Source: Candidatus Omnitrophus sp.
Lineage (GTDB): Bacteria > Omnitrophota > Gorgyraeia > Zapsychrales > Fredricksoniimonadaceae
Length of the DNA: 64,000 bases
Direction: 5' to 3'
Assembly: GCA_020719005.1 (NCBI GenBank)
Contig: DYQZ01000001.1
Location: forward strand, 5,779 to 69,778
Under the pieces are notes generated by a model. It had not been told where the DNA came from and ran no database searches. It saw only the letters and a program-made list of their open reading frames with translations. The position numbers were made by a program, and so were the translations under genes. Below are positions 32,001 to 47,000 of this stretch, one piece after another. Each line of letters starts with the position of its first letter. Within the stretch, counting starts at the first letter, position 1.

Positions 32001-35000
32001 TCTTGGATTTCTTAAAAGAACAGGGCAAGGTATCTGCCGCAACAACGCCCGAAGAACAGGCCAAGGCGATCAGCCGGTTGCAGGAATTACAGGGAGCGAT
32101 CAAACAGACACAGTTATATCATCTTCGCGGTGAAGACAATGTCGTCCGCGAGAATACGATCTTCGGGAATAATATCCTTGCGGCTGTTGTGACAGCGCGT
32201 GTGGCCCGTCAGCATATGGGCAAGGATGGTTTTGATGAGAAGACTGCCGACTTCTTTATTATGAATGCGGTCATGGCAGAACGTAAAGAACACATCACGA
32301 TCGCTGAAGCTGTCCATCAGATCGGGAATAAGAATAAAAAGGAAGAAGTTTCCAAAAAGAAGTCGAATGGCAATTTGAAGATGGGTTACACGACGGGAAC
32401 CCTGGCCAAAGAAGAGCCATTAAGAGCGCTCGGCGCTGATGTTGTTATTGTGAGCAAAGAAGATCCTATTGAAGCGGAGCGTATCCGTCTTTTTGATACG
32501 CGTAAGGAGCAGTTGACGTCGGTGATCGAGAGTGTGAAGGCGGATTTGAGCAAGGCTAAAGATGTTGGCGTGGCTATTTATGGTTCCGAAGATGTGCTTT
32601 CTGAAGCACGGGCTGCACTTGAAGCAAAGGGCATTAGGCCGCTTTTTGTCAGTGGTAAAGATCGCCCTGAAAATGAAACAGAAACAGCTAAGATCCATAA
32701 AGCGATACAGAATGGCGGCAAGGTTGTTGCCCTTATTGTTGGTGATCCGACGGGTGGAAATCCGTTCGCGACGACCAGGGGGCCTGCCGGACGTTTGGGT
32801 TCGACCTACCTTCTTTCTCTTAAAGGCTTGATGCCAGCTACCCAGGCGCTGAAACGCGCGGGCAGTGAGAACCGTGTGAATATCGGGACCGATAAGGATT
32901 CATGGCATTATTATCTTAGCCGTGAAGACAACATGTTCACTTTTGAAGAACGTGAAGTTATTCCAGCGATCACTCAGGAAGAAACACGTCAGCGTCTGGT
33001 GCGCCGCGCTTCTGATGAGATCGATGAATTGGTCGCACATCGCAATATGCTTCATGTGGCGCGTGTTGTTAATAATAAGGAAGCGATCTCAGAGAATCTC
33101 ATGGGTGTTATTGCGCGTCTGCAGAAACAGTCACGGTTCTTGCGGCAAGAGGATGGCAAGTCCTCACTCCTTGTGGCTTCTCGTGGTGAAATGGACCTTA
33201 AACAGGGCGAGATCCTGGATGAACAAACAGGACTGATCTTCAATAAGAGTAAGAACGCGCGCGTTGATGAAAAAGGCGTGGTTGTTCCTGTTGAGCTGAC
33301 CACACCGATCGCCTATGGTGCTATCCGTGATGGTAAGGTTGAACGGGTTGATATTGATACTAATACAGGCATCGGCAGGAAAGAAGTTGCTCCGCTGACG
33401 ATCAATGGAGTAAAGATCCCCGTTGCTCTTGAAGTTGAGGTTAAGAATGGCGAATTCAAGAGAGCTCCTGAACTTCGCGTGACAGAAGATGTAGAGAAGA
33501 ATGGTATTAAGGTCAGGAAGGATCAAACGATCTTTGAAACAACAACCGTTCTTGGTTCTATCGCAGCTTTCTTTGAGAGCGACAAAGACCTTGTTCTGAG
33601 CCAGGCATTGGTAAAAGATCAAGAAAATGGCACGTATAAGGCTCTGACGATCACGGATAACAAGATCGAAATGCCTGTAACAGATATTGAGGATGCAAAA
33701 TTGGTAGTGCTTGTATCCATTGAACGTGAAAATGGCAGGCTTACTCTTGTTCAAGGGCTGCGTCTTAATGGACTCACAACCGCATTAACAAATGAAGAAC
33801 TGGTCAAGCTGGCCGCCACGTTCTTAAGCAAATATAACGAAGAATCCTTGTTCTTCTATGGTCGGAACGATCCGTATCTCAGGCTTATTGCAGAACTGTC
33901 TTTAAAAGAAGGGGCCTTGGTCGAGAATCGTGTGGCTATATTGGCGGCGATCAAGTTCATCCGTCAACAGGCTGGCCTAACAACACAGGTCACCGGCCAA
34001 TCCTTGGTTGATCAGGTTATAGCAAAGAATGTCCAGACTGGACAAGTTGCTGATACCCAAGTCGCCACAACGCAAAAGACACAGAAAACACAGAAGAAAC
34101 GCGGGTTCTTTGGTCGCTTCTTTAATAAGGGTGCGGCTACCGCGATCGCGTTGACTGGCGCCAGCCTCCTGAGCCCCTCTGCCAAGGCCGATGTTATGCC
34201 AATGGGGAATGCTGATCAGACTCCGGTCACTATGTCTAGCACAACACCGGGCTCTCTCTTTAGCCCCATGGTCATGAGCGAGAGAGACGAAGGGACGCTT
34301 GGGACTACTCTTTATCGTCCGACCACCCAGGCCGCTGATGAGACCAAGGCTTTGCCGATCACAGGCAACACCATGGCGCCGTTTTATCCTGTGGGCCCCG
34401 TTGTGCCGCCTACTCCAACAACACCTGATCTACCGACAGCACCGAGTACGCCAGGTCTTCCGGTCATACCTTTAGTGCCCTCGGTCACACCTCCTATCTT
34501 TACAGGTGGCGGTGGTATGGGCACCGGCCCGGGCCTAAGCCCGATGGTCAATATATCGATGATGCCCAAGCTATCTATGCTTGAAGGATCACGCTTCTTT
34601 GATGGACGGTTGAATGGGCCGTCTGATTCGGAACTCGCTTCACGTTCCGGCGACGGCGGTCGTATTGAGTATGGCCGCTTCTCCTCTGAAGCGCGTCCAT
34701 ATGGCATTACCAGTGAGGAAAATGGGAGCATTATTGTTGATCGTATCACGAGAGAAAGGGCGAAGTTAGCAACTGTTGACGCTAATAACGGCCTCCAAGC
34801 GCAAGCTCTGTCCGCGCGTGGAGTGAACGAAGACCAAAGGCAGGCACAGAAGAAGTACGAAGCTGAAGAAGATCAAAACACATCCGCGGTTCGTCCGACA
34901 CTCGCGGGGGTTGTTAAAGACGGTTGGGCACAGGTAGTGAAGAGTAAGAAGCATGATCAAGGCATCAAGTTGGCTAATGTCCAAGCTGCCGGCTCGAATG

Positions 35001-38000
35001 CTAACAAACTCGCTCAGGACAATGAGAGCATCGCAGTTAATGAAGTACCGTATCAAGTAGCAAAGAACACCGTAGTACAGAGTAATGTGGTTGTGAATAA
35101 TGCCAGAACATTAGCGCTTGGCAATACTGTCGATCGTATCAACTGTTCTGTGTTCCGTGGGGACCTTTCTACGGATCTGAAGGTGAATGAAGCTCCGATG
35201 ACGACTGGTCGCAAGGCTGGCCATCATCAAACAGCCGAAGCTGTGGTTCTGGACGTGTGCCCGATCAACGGCACAATGAACGGTAGCCGCAACCTGAGCG
35301 CTGGCGATCTGAAGACAGGGTTCGTGTGGACTGTGTCTGACGAGGAGAAAGCGCGGAAGGAACAGGTCAAGCTCGCCCTCAGTGTGAATACGGGGGTGCG
35401 TAAGATCAGCTCTGACAGGGGTGTGCACGGGAGAAGTGTGCAGACTGCCGCAGGTAGTAATGCTGTAAATGCGTCCACGGGCGAAGAGCCTGCGGGTGAC
35501 ATCTGGGGTGTGGAAGGTGTGTCTGGCCAAACTGAAGTAACACAAGCCAGCACAGGATCTAACATCGTCGCGTTGGAAGGTGTAAGTGAGAGAGCTCTGA
35601 CCCTGGGAACTGGATCTGCCAATGCCGCCGCGAACGGCAAAACTGAAGGTGCTAGGACTGTGACCTCGAATAAAGAGGAAAGCAGGATTGGTGCTGGAAG
35701 TGACGTTCGTGAAGCTTCTAGTAGTGTGGCTGCGGGAACACAAGAGATACCGACTGCCTCGACTTCTGATGTCAAGAAAGAAGAGGGAACAGCCGGGATG
35801 GGTGTTTTCCCGAGCACACAATATAATCCCAATATAGATAAAAAAGATTTTGGTTCGTCACGGTGGAATGGCTTCGTCAGTGGAGTGATACTGATGCTTG
35901 CCGCAATTGGCACCCTGTGTGTCAAATTCCCCAGAGGCCAAGCGAATGGAGCCCACTCCGCTTCGCGTGCAGATGTTCTGCATCGTCTGGCCTCTTCTTT
36001 CTTTAAAGCTACAAGCCTGCTGGTTGCGGGGCTTGCTTCCTTCTTTATGGGTACGGCTGAAGCGCAGATGGTGCCGATGACGGGTGTATCGAATGTGCCG
36101 GTGATGGTGAAACAGGTGGTTGCGCCGCTTCAGATCGTTACAACGAATGTGGGCGGGTATAAGGCGCGTATCGTGAATTTTGAGCCGTCGCAGTATACGA
36201 TCCATGTTGAGACGAATGCTGATCCTAAGGCGTCGGCGGTCATTAATGGCGGGTATTTTGATAAGGACCGCAAGTCGGTTGGTTTGGTGAAGTGTGATGG
36301 CACGATCATTTCTGATTTTAATAAGAATGGTGAAGAATTCAATGCATCGGCTGGTGCGATATTATTTGCCGGGAAACAGGATGCCAGGATCGTGCCGGCT
36401 TCTGGTGCCGTGGCGCAGATGATCCTTACGAAGACAAATATTTTGAATGTATTGCAGGCTGGGCCGCTTGTGATGAGCAATGGTCAGCTTAAGATCACGC
36501 CTGAGAAACATCAAATTGATAATGGTGCGCGGAATTTCCTGGCGCGTCATCAGAACGGGTCGTGGAGCCTGGTTTATGTTAAGGGCGCTTTTTATGGTCA
36601 GAAGGGGCCGACGCTCGCAGAGATGGCCAAGTTCTTTAAGGATGGCGGGTATCAGGATGTGATGACGCTTGATGGCGGGATGCGCGGGTTCTTGGCGGTG
36701 AAGGATAGTGGAAATGAGAAGACGCGTCGCTGGACAGGGTTATCGAAGCCGGTGACGGTGTTGAGCGTTGTGCCTGTGGAAGGGGCCAGCGGCAATGATC
36801 CGATCTCAGTGGAGGTTAATGGGAAGACGAAGGTCGCGGGTTGGCTGGCTCTGATGGGCGCTGGTTTGGTGATGGGCTTCTTTGCGATGAGGAAGTTCTT
36901 CGGGATGATGTTCTTCGGTACGTTGGCTGGTTCGCGGAAGATCTTTAAGGGAACAAAGCGGTATGCCGGGAAGTTGGGGATGGGGATCGCGTTGGCGGCG
37001 GTGCTTTTTGGTGGAGTGAAGACGGCGAGGGCGGATGAGGATACGGGGCATGTGAATTCGATCAGCTATGTGCAGGCTGTTAATGCACAGCATTTGGATC
37101 TGCAGGATGAGGACACAAAGACGCCCGACTTAGTTGGGCCGGATCCTGAAGATCAGGCGGATGAAGAGACCCCTGCGGTTCAGCCTGTGAAAAAGACCCT
37201 TGAAGAAAAGAACAAGCATCTTGTTTCTGAGATCAAGAGGACCAATTTGGCAGAGACACGGTCGCAATATTATGGCCCGTGGGGCGTGGGTGTTGGGGTT
37301 GCATTGGATTATCAATATCCTTTCTTCTCAAAGGCAATGGGGGATCTGACCGAGGGAGTTTCCGGGGTTGCGATGATCAATTATCCCGGCAAGACCTGGC
37401 ATGAGATCTATCTTGGAGCGCAGGGCGTGGCTCAATGGGGTTCTCAAACCGTGGTTGGTAAAACGGTCGGGACAGGCTTCTTTGTTGATAATGTTTTGCA
37501 GAAGGGGAATACGGTTGAGCTTTATAACAATCGCGGGTTGGGTAAGGTATTTCGTTGCGACAAGTCTTGGTTCAAGAAGATCTTTAATACATTTGTATAT
37601 AACTGGACCAAGGTGGAGACATACGATCAGAATAATCAAAAAGATATAGATACGGTCCGTGATATTGGTTTGGTCAAGGTGGCGCGTTCTGTGCCGACGT
37701 ACGGTAATAAGGCGACATTTAATACTATTCCGTGGTTCTTTAAATTCTTCGGTCCGATCAATGTGCTTATTCCTCTTGATGAAGATGGGCAGCAGGTTGA
37801 ATACGGGATCTATCAGCAGGCGATGGAGTATCGCGCGAACATCAACACAAATAATAATGATATCTATTATGAGACATTCAAGGTTGAGGATCCGAATGCG
37901 TTTTATGTGCAGTTGAAGAATAAAGGTTTTGAACAGGTCAAGAACCCGGCGGAGTATCGCGCTAAGGGCAAGATGATCTTTTATAAGGGTGAGCAAAAAG

Positions 38001-41000
38001 GTTATCAGGTCAAGAATCAGGGCGCTGATGCGAAGGGGAATTTGAGTGCATTATCGATCGAATGGTTCGCGGGCACTGGATTTATTCCGGAAGAGGCGCT
38101 CAATACAGATAAGAACGGGAACCCTGACCCAACGACGACGGTTGTTAAGACGCTCCTTTCGAAGAAGGCGCTTGTTGATGAAGTGTCGCTTGCTAATGGT
38201 GCGCTGGTCAAGGTGGATAAAAATGGTTGGCCGGTGATCGGTAAGGATGGCAAACCTGAATTGACCGAAATGGTTGTTTATGTGGCACGCCGTCATCAGT
38301 TCTCGGGGGTGATCACCAAGCTTGTGACCAATCCTGCGGAATTGCTCGAGCATGAAAAGATCAAGATCAATGGCCGTGAAGTATTGGTCCGTCAATTATC
38401 TCCTGAAGAAGTTGTCCAGCCGGTGGTGACGTTCAATCCTGAGGGCATGACCGAGGCGAAGAGCGATACGAATCTAATTCTTGAGATGTTAAAAGATGAG
38501 TTGAAGCCTATGACCGAAAGTGTCAGGGCGCTGGTGGGCAAGCCTACGACGATCGCGAGCGAAAGCCGCCGTGTGAATGAAATGAACCGTCCGCACAGGG
38601 TATCGGATGAGGTTAAGGGTAAGTTTGGTGCGGCAACGTATGAGATCGTTGAGGCGTCGAGCGCGCTTGAAGCGATCACGAAAGCGGCCAATAAAGACAA
38701 GGGTATTGGTGTTGTGTATAGCCGGCAGGCGCCGAGGGTTCTTGAGGATATTGATGAAACTTATGCCGTTCAGTATTTGGGCGCGAATAATGGCGTGACG
38801 AAAAATGAGGAGAAGGCCGAGGGTATTGTTGTTAAGACAACATATACGATCAATGGATTTGGAAAAGGATTTGATCCGCGGGCGCTGGTTGTTCTTGATG
38901 AGAAGGGTGTCGTGAGTGGAGTCGTCGAGCTTAGCGAGAACGGGAAAGCTATTGCCCGCCAATTTGATAACAAGTTCTCGGTGAGAGAAGGCAAGATCGT
39001 TACGCGTTATACGGCGGATGAGATCAAGGCGATGTTCAGGACAGGAGAGGCGAAGTTTGTTGATGTTGTTGGAGATCATAAAAAACATCTTCAGATCCGT
39101 GGGCAGGAAGCCGGCCTTCCGAATAATGATACAGAGGCTAAGCAGATGTTCGCTGAGCTTAAAACCAAGCTCATTGTGCCGAACGAGTTGGGCGGGGTGG
39201 AGTTTAAGACAGAAGCTGAGATCGTGGCGGATTTTAAGGCGGGTAAGTTGATCTATGTGCATTTGGCCCATGGCAATAATGGTTTTCCGTATGGCGATCC
39301 GTTGAAGCCGACGTATGATCTCAAGCAGGTTTCTCTTTTAGAGCGGGGCGGACAGCGGTTGGATCCGGTGAGGGCGATGGTGGTGGCGCAACAGCAGGCG
39401 TATGACACGCAATATATAGAGATGAATGTTACCAGTCTTTCTGAGATTATTAATCAGCATGTTACTGTTATTTATTGTGATGGCACAACATTTCCGATGA
39501 GTATTAATGCGTTTGTAGCTCGAGGGTCTGAAATGATCAATGAAATCGATCAGGTCTTTAGAGTAAATGACCAAGGCAAAGCGGTTGAATGGTTTTTGCC
39601 ATCGAAGATCCCCGGTTGGGGTTATGTTGGTTCGGTTGGTATAGAGAATCTTTATCATTATGATTTTACAAAACAGCATATAACGCGTATTCCATGGACG
39701 GTTGGAAACGAAATTAGCGGGTTTGATAAAGAGCGTGGCATTCGTGCAGTAGTTAAGATTAATAGTCTTTTGACGGGGCAGACATGGATTGAAACACGCG
39801 GTTTGAAGGATGAAGTGTTGAATAAGAAAGAAATGTCGGGTGCGAGGGTGTTGACGGAAAGCATTAGCACATTTGGTAATTTTGGCCCCAGGGTTGCGTT
39901 AGAATCAGATATTAAAGCAGATACAAAGTTTGGCACGGTTCAGATACGCGTGGGTAGGACCATCGCGGCGTATGCGAGTATGAAGAACGTCTTTGATTTG
40001 ATGGCGAATGATAAAGATAAAGCGGTGATGATCCGCCTTGCGCTTGATTCGCGGGTGCGTGGTCATCTTGAGAAGATGATGGCATATGATACGCGTAATG
40101 GTTTGATCATTGCTGAGCCGAAGGATGTTCGTTTAGGGGCGCTGAGTCAGGAAATCCAAGATTATACGGGCCGCGTGTTGGCGAAGCTTGAGGGGGTGAC
40201 CGTCAACGGTGTGTTCACACCGGATACGATCACGCTCAATGAGTTCGATGGCGTGCCCGGGTTGATCAAGGTGGCAAGCGGTGCTAAAGCATATGCGGTG
40301 AACGACGAGGTGATCGGGGACCTTAAGGACCACAGCTGGCTCGTGAATGAGGACGGGGTCAAGCTGGATATTAATCATATCACGCCTGAGCAGGTGTATG
40401 CCCGCGGCGGACGTGCTGTTATTTATGCAGGTATCCGTTATTACGAGAATAATAAGACGGTGCCTTATATGCAGGTGCGTGATGTGCGCGGCAATGGTAT
40501 TGAAGAGACGGTGTTCAATGCGGACGCTCCGGTGCGTAAGACCTATTCATTTTATATCGGCGGGGATACGGTGGCAGATAAGACGGTGGCTGTGTCGCTC
40601 GAGAATGGCGTTGAGGAGATCGGCGCGTTCTCTAATAACACTCACATTGATGTGAAGACGGGCCGTGTTATTTTCAAGACCAAGGAAGGCATTGTCTCCA
40701 AGGAGATGAATAGCGCGCTGAACGCCGTGGCGAAGAAGGATCGTTATGACCATTTCGTCCGGTTCCTGTATGGTCCTAATAATCACGCGGATGTTTCGAT
40801 GGTCTGGATGATGAATTCGATAGAACAGCAGAGGGATGCGCGGGGACGGATCGTGGGTAATCTGACGGGTGCAGTCGCTTATGATGATCGCGGGTTTCCG
40901 GCTAAGGATGCGTCCAAGGAAATCACATTCCCGCGCTATGATAATGCTGATCCACGTATTCCGGTGATGGCAAAAACATTTGAGCGCCTGTCGGGCAAAG

Positions 41001-44000
41001 AATTGATCAGTGATTATCAGACGCAGTCGGTATTGATGCACACGATGAATCGCCGTTTGTTGACTGCGGTGGATGTAAATGGCCGTAATGTTGATGTGTT
41101 GGTGTTCGATATCAATGATGTGCGTGAATCTAAAAAGAGCATTGCGGGGCGTGCATTTCGTTTGTCGGATGGGATGCTGTTCGCGGAATTCCATCAGGAA
41201 AGAAAATGGCTCAAAGCGCGTTCTACGGTCGTTTTCTTCAATGACTTTGGTCTGCCGAGAAGTGAATATCGTACGAAGGTTGCTTTTGATCAGACGCTGA
41301 CACAGCCGTCTTCTCGTTATGAAGATAAGAAGATCTATACTGCGCTTGTTGATCCGGCAACATCAAAGAATAATGCTATTCTCGCTGAGATCACCCCTGC
41401 TCAAGGGTTTGGCGGGGCATCGGTTTCCTGGACTCGTTTAGTGGGCTCTGTGAAGTTGAATGATTTTATTCTCGGAAAGTCGGTCGATGCTGAAGAGTTC
41501 AAGGGTGCTGGTACGGTTGTAACTAGCCAAGTTAGTCTGATGAGTGACCATGAGGCGTTGAGCCTCGCGCAGCGTAACGGAGTGTTCTATTATCATGATC
41601 GCGCTATCTTCAAGGTGGACAGTCGTTCCATTCCTATGGGGTGGATGGATTTCCGCAGTACAAGTTTCTTGGGTAGTGCTGAAGAATATTTTGCCGTTCA
41701 GTTCAAGCATAGCGTTGAGCAGAACAGTCTTTGGGCGAATATCAAGGATTTTGCGGTCCGTGGTAATGTGGCCCCGACTTTTGCGATCCTGCTTTTGGGG
41801 ATAGGCGCGCTGACACTTTTATTGCCGATCTTCCTCTTGACCGTGACGAAACTGATCGCGATCGTATTAAATACGTTGATCGGTCTTGGCCGTACTTATA
41901 AAACGGTCGGCGGTTTGAACGAAGCATTGAAAGTCCTTCCTGATGAGATGGAGCTCCGGGTTCGTCTGGCGTTCATTAATCGTCATTTGTATATTGTTGA
42001 TTCATACAACAGATACCTGCTCGGTCTTTATAGAAAAGATCCGCAGGTGCTGGTAGATACGTATTACCCGGCAGGTCATGAACAGCGCGCACAAGTTCTT
42101 AACGATATGGCGAAGACAGACCTGAACGACCGTAAACAGCGCATGATGTTCATTGAACGTAATGTGATCCGTCCGATCGTGAATTTGATCCTGATCATGA
42201 TGATCGATCAGGCGGAGAAATGGGATGCGGACATGAAGGGCAAGCGTCCGGGATATTTGGTGCCGTTCTTCAAGTCTGAAAAACAGTCTTGTGGTTACTT
42301 CGTGTTCACGGACCGTGAATTACGCCGTGCATTCGAATATTATTTCAAGGATCTGCAGTCTCCTCGTGGTAATGAGATCGCTGACCCGATCATCCGTCAC
42401 GGGTTGAATAAATATCTGACACCGGAAGCGTTTAAGTCATTTTTGACAGATATGAAAGCTGACAAGAAAGTAAAGGAAGTGGTCAGTAAGAAGATCGAAA
42501 AAGATCTGTTCATGTCGCAGGGAGAACAAAAGGGCCTCAAGCAGTGGATATCCGATCGTTACAAGACGGAAGGGTATAAGCTTCCTGTTTTCCCGATCAC
42601 CTCACCGCTGGTAAAGACGATCCGTGCGTTGGGTTGGATGATCGGTGTTGGTGGTGTGATATTGGCGGTTGGTTTAGCTATTGTCGGGACGATCATCCCG
42701 GCCCAGGGGCTTGTGTTCTTGGCCCTCTTGGGGATCATCTTTGGATATCAGATACATGCGATGGCACAGCATTTGAAGTTCCATATGAATGATTGGGCCA
42801 TGGCGATCTTGAGGATCATTCGGACAGCGAAGAATTATAAATATAAGAACGATCCTGCGATGCAGGAGCGGTTGAAGACTAAGAAACGGTTCTTCTATAT
42901 TTATGGCGCGACCTGGTTTAGTTTCAATGCAGTGTTGATCGGGGCTGCGACCTATTTCACGGTCGGCCTGCCTGCGATCGGATGGGTCTTTGCTGGATTT
43001 ATTATGGCCTTTACGCTGCGCGAGTCGATCCGAAGTTTCTGGTATCTTTTCGTTGAAGGTGCGGCGACGGCGGCAGAATCAAGGATGCAGGTTCGTACGA
43101 TCAAGTCGGTACAGGATATCAAGAAAGCGCATATGGTCATGCTGAAGGCACCGGAGACGGGGCGTTTCTGGCAGATCTCTTTCCGTAAGGTGCTTGTTGA
43201 GGATACGCTGGTGAAGTTCGATCTGGCCGACGAACAGACGGCTGCGGCGCTTCTGACGATCATTCGTGAGAATGTTACGGTTGAGGAAGCTGTTGAGATC
43301 CTGCGCGGCGTTCAGTTGACCCGTCAGGCAGAAGATGAGATCAAGAGCTTCTTTAATAAGATGGTCTTGGAGATCTCGCTTCAGAACGGGTCAAAGGGTT
43401 TTGATGAGTATGTAAGGAATATTGATATCGATCAGCTTCTACCGGTCATTTTCAAGGGTACAGGTAAGAAGCGCGTTCTTCCGACCATTGAGTTCCTGGA
43501 TGGAGAAGATATTGAAGATGAAACAGGCCTGACACGTCAGACGCTGTGCTCTGGATTTGAGATGTTCAAGGGTGAGTTCGCCGGACCTTGGGCGATCTAT
43601 TTGAGCGGGCGTTTGCGCAAGGAATGGCTGAAGGATGTAAGCAAGGGAACGGCGGATGAGCTCGTGGAGATGTTGAAAGATCCTTCGTTAACGCTCAGGC
43701 AGACCATTGTGATGATCATGGCGCGCAATATGACCAAGGACAAGCGTGAGGAGCTCGTGAAAGCCATGATGACGCCGACAATGAAGTTTCGCGCGGATTT
43801 TGCACAGATCAGCAAGGATCCGGCACTTCTTAAGATGCATCGTGACGGCGCGATCCAAAAGGACATTGATGGTGAAGCCAAGAAGATCTTTGGTGCTGTC
43901 AAGAAAGACCGGGCAACGGCAGAAGCGAAGATCATCATGACTGCCCTTGGTATTGAGGATAAAAAGGCGTTTGATAAGCAATGGAAGGCTGTTTCAGGCG

Positions 44001-47000
44001 CACTTATCAAGGGTTGGATCATGTTTCGCGCGGATGGGTATTTGAAGACGCTTGAAGAAGCGGAGATCGCCGGTGAGTCAACGATGAGCGCGTTCCTTGA
44101 GTTTCGCGGAAAGACCAAGGAAGAGATCAAGGCGTTGTTGCCGAAACTTGTGATGTTCGTCCATGTGCATGAAGATATTGATCCTGATCTGGCAGAAAAG
44201 AAATTGAAAGCTGATATCGAGAAAGCAGAAGCGGCTTTAGCGGAAGCGACGGAAGCGGATAAGCCGAAGAAGCAGGCAGAGATTGATGCATTAAAGGCCA
44301 AAAAGGCGTGGGGCGGGACTGAAGCTAAAGAGATCATCGACATGCTCTGTAGCGACGAGCGCGGGTATGTTCTTAATACGTATGGCGATAAGATCATTGT
44401 TTCGACCAAAGATCTTAAAAAAGGAAATAAGATCGAGAATGATGGCCTGGAATTTGATTTCCCGAAAGATCAGGGGGCGCGCTGGACGGTGAAGACAGAC
44501 AAGTGGAGTATTTGCGGCCGGTTCATTGAAGAATATCTCAAGCGCAATGGCAAGTCTGACGCCATGATCTTTAATCTGGACCGAGATCATTTTTATTTTC
44601 CGACGGATTTTCTGGCTGTTCCGCTGGTGGCCGACAAGTTCACACATGATCCGCGCCTGGGGCTTATGACTATTGCGATGGAGATGAAGACGGGTTATGT
44701 CAGCCCGGCGGCAGAAGATCATCGTGTGGCGGAAGATGTCTGGAACTTGCGTACACTTTTTGCTGAGTCTGAGATCGGGACACACGCATTTTATGGTCCT
44801 GGTATTGTGCGTTGGAATGCGATGCGCCGCATGGGGGCGTTCATGTCGAACATTGAGGATACCGGGGGAGCACAGGAGGCGATCATGGTCGGGTATCGTG
44901 CGGAAAATTCACCGCGCATGAGCATTGGCCGCCCGCGTGAGATGATCCCCGGGTCGCTGTTGGCATTCCAGAATCGTTTCGGTGGGCTTGTTATCGACGA
45001 GTTCCTTTCGGTCCACTTCCAGATGACGATGAGCACGGATGAACTTCACTGGACGGAAAAAGCAACGCTTCTGCAGAATTTTGATTTCTATATCAATAAG
45101 CCGCTGGTGCCGCGTTATAACCTGATGATCTTCATCTTTGCGTTCTTCCTGAACTTCACTCCGTTCAGTTCATTGGCGTGGCCGCTGTTGTTCATCGGGA
45201 TCCAGTATATCCTTGCTGAGGCGATCACGGCGGGCGGCGTCAGGATTTATACGTCCAAGTATGGTTTCTGGAGGGGGTATGCGATGTATATGAAGCGGAT
45301 GTGGAGCTTGGTGTTCACATTCGGTTCGCTGGTCCCGCTTCATGATGAGAAGGTGCGCAATGCCCATAAGGGAACTGCGGGTATTTTCTCAAGCGGTGTT
45401 AAGGATATCGTTTATCCGCGCCTGTCTTTCAGTGAACTTTATGATCAGTATCGTACGTCGATCTATTGGGGTCTTCTTCTGGGTGCGATCGCCTTGATGG
45501 CGCCGTTCCATCCGGTGGCGGTGTTGAGCCAGATCTTCTTCTATGTATTCCCGGTCGTGTTCATTTTCGCGCCGTTCATGAAAAATGGTAGATCGAAGCC
45601 GATGGTCTCTGGGTCGATTTTTGGAGCGATCGCGGTAGCGGTGGTTGTTTATTCGCTGGGATATATCACAGCGCCGGTGTTCCTGGCGGCTATGACGGCG
45701 GGGCTGGCGGCCATTATTGTTGCCGGTGTCAAGGCGCAGGAGAAATATACCACCGGCATCACGATGGGGCTTTTGGCCATACCGTATGCCGTATTGGATT
45801 TTATGACGCTGTTCATCCTTAGCAATAGCGACATGCATAAGGATAAGATCAAAGTAGATATCTTTAAGAATGGTTTGGCATTTGTATGGAAGAAGCACGC
45901 TAAGGATTCAAAGCCGATGGCGTGGTATCAGAAGATCGTTAAGAGCAAGAAGCAGACACAGCCTCAAGCGGCTGCCGTGAAGGTGGAGCAGGCCACGGGT
46001 GCTGTGGGCGCTGGTAATGCTCCGGCATTGGATCATGGCAAGGATGGCGTGAAGAAGCAGGAATCTTCCAAAGATAGCAATCCTCCCCGTGCAGGCCCTG
46101 ACGTAAAGTCTTCTAATAAAGTATCAGAAGATCCGAAGAAGTCTCAAGCCCCACCGTCGTTGGCCGCTATTATTGGTCTTGAGATCGCCCGTCGTATTCA
46201 TGCGCGTGAAGTTAAAGAAGCGGAAAAAGTCGCGAAGCAGTCGCAGGCGGTTCAGGCGAGCGGTAAAAAGATCGAAAAGTTCTATCTTCCGACACCTCAA
46301 AAAGAATTTATCAAGCGCATTGAAGAAGCGGCCTTACAAGTGAGCCGTCGGCATGAATATAAGGCGGCATTGGTTAATACGTGGGCGAATAGCGAAGAAG
46401 AATACAAGGCTACGATCGAGAAACTCACCGAAGAATTTTCACTGACTATTTTCCAGAGCATTGCGACAGCTGTTGGTATCGTTTATAGCGACAAGACAAC
46501 CGCCAAAGAATTAGCTGATCAGATCCGAAAGATAGATCTCTCCAAATACAATACTATCGGCAAGCTTGCGATCTACAGCGGCCCGCCTGGCGGAGGCAAG
46601 GGCGCGGTGTGGGAGCGTTTTGAAGCGCTGTATGGCGATATGATACAGAAGTTCACCCTTTTTCATACGCGTAATATCCGTGACGGCGAGACGATGGGGA
46701 AAGAATATCATTACCGCAATCCTGAAGCGTTGAAGAAACTGGAAGCTGAAGGAAAGATCATTACAGCATCTGTCAACGGGCAGTTACAAGGATTGGCGAC
46801 GATTTCTTTCAAGGATGATTATGATTATACGGACCCTCAAAGCGGCAAGAGACATGAAGGATCTTCTGAGGTGGTTGGCCTGGATGCTGTTTTTAATGGC
46901 GTAAAGATCGTTGTTCTTGAATGCGGGTTGGCATGGTTTGAGGCGTTGCATGATAAGTATGGGGACGCGTTGACGAGTATCTTTATATCACCGTTTAGCG

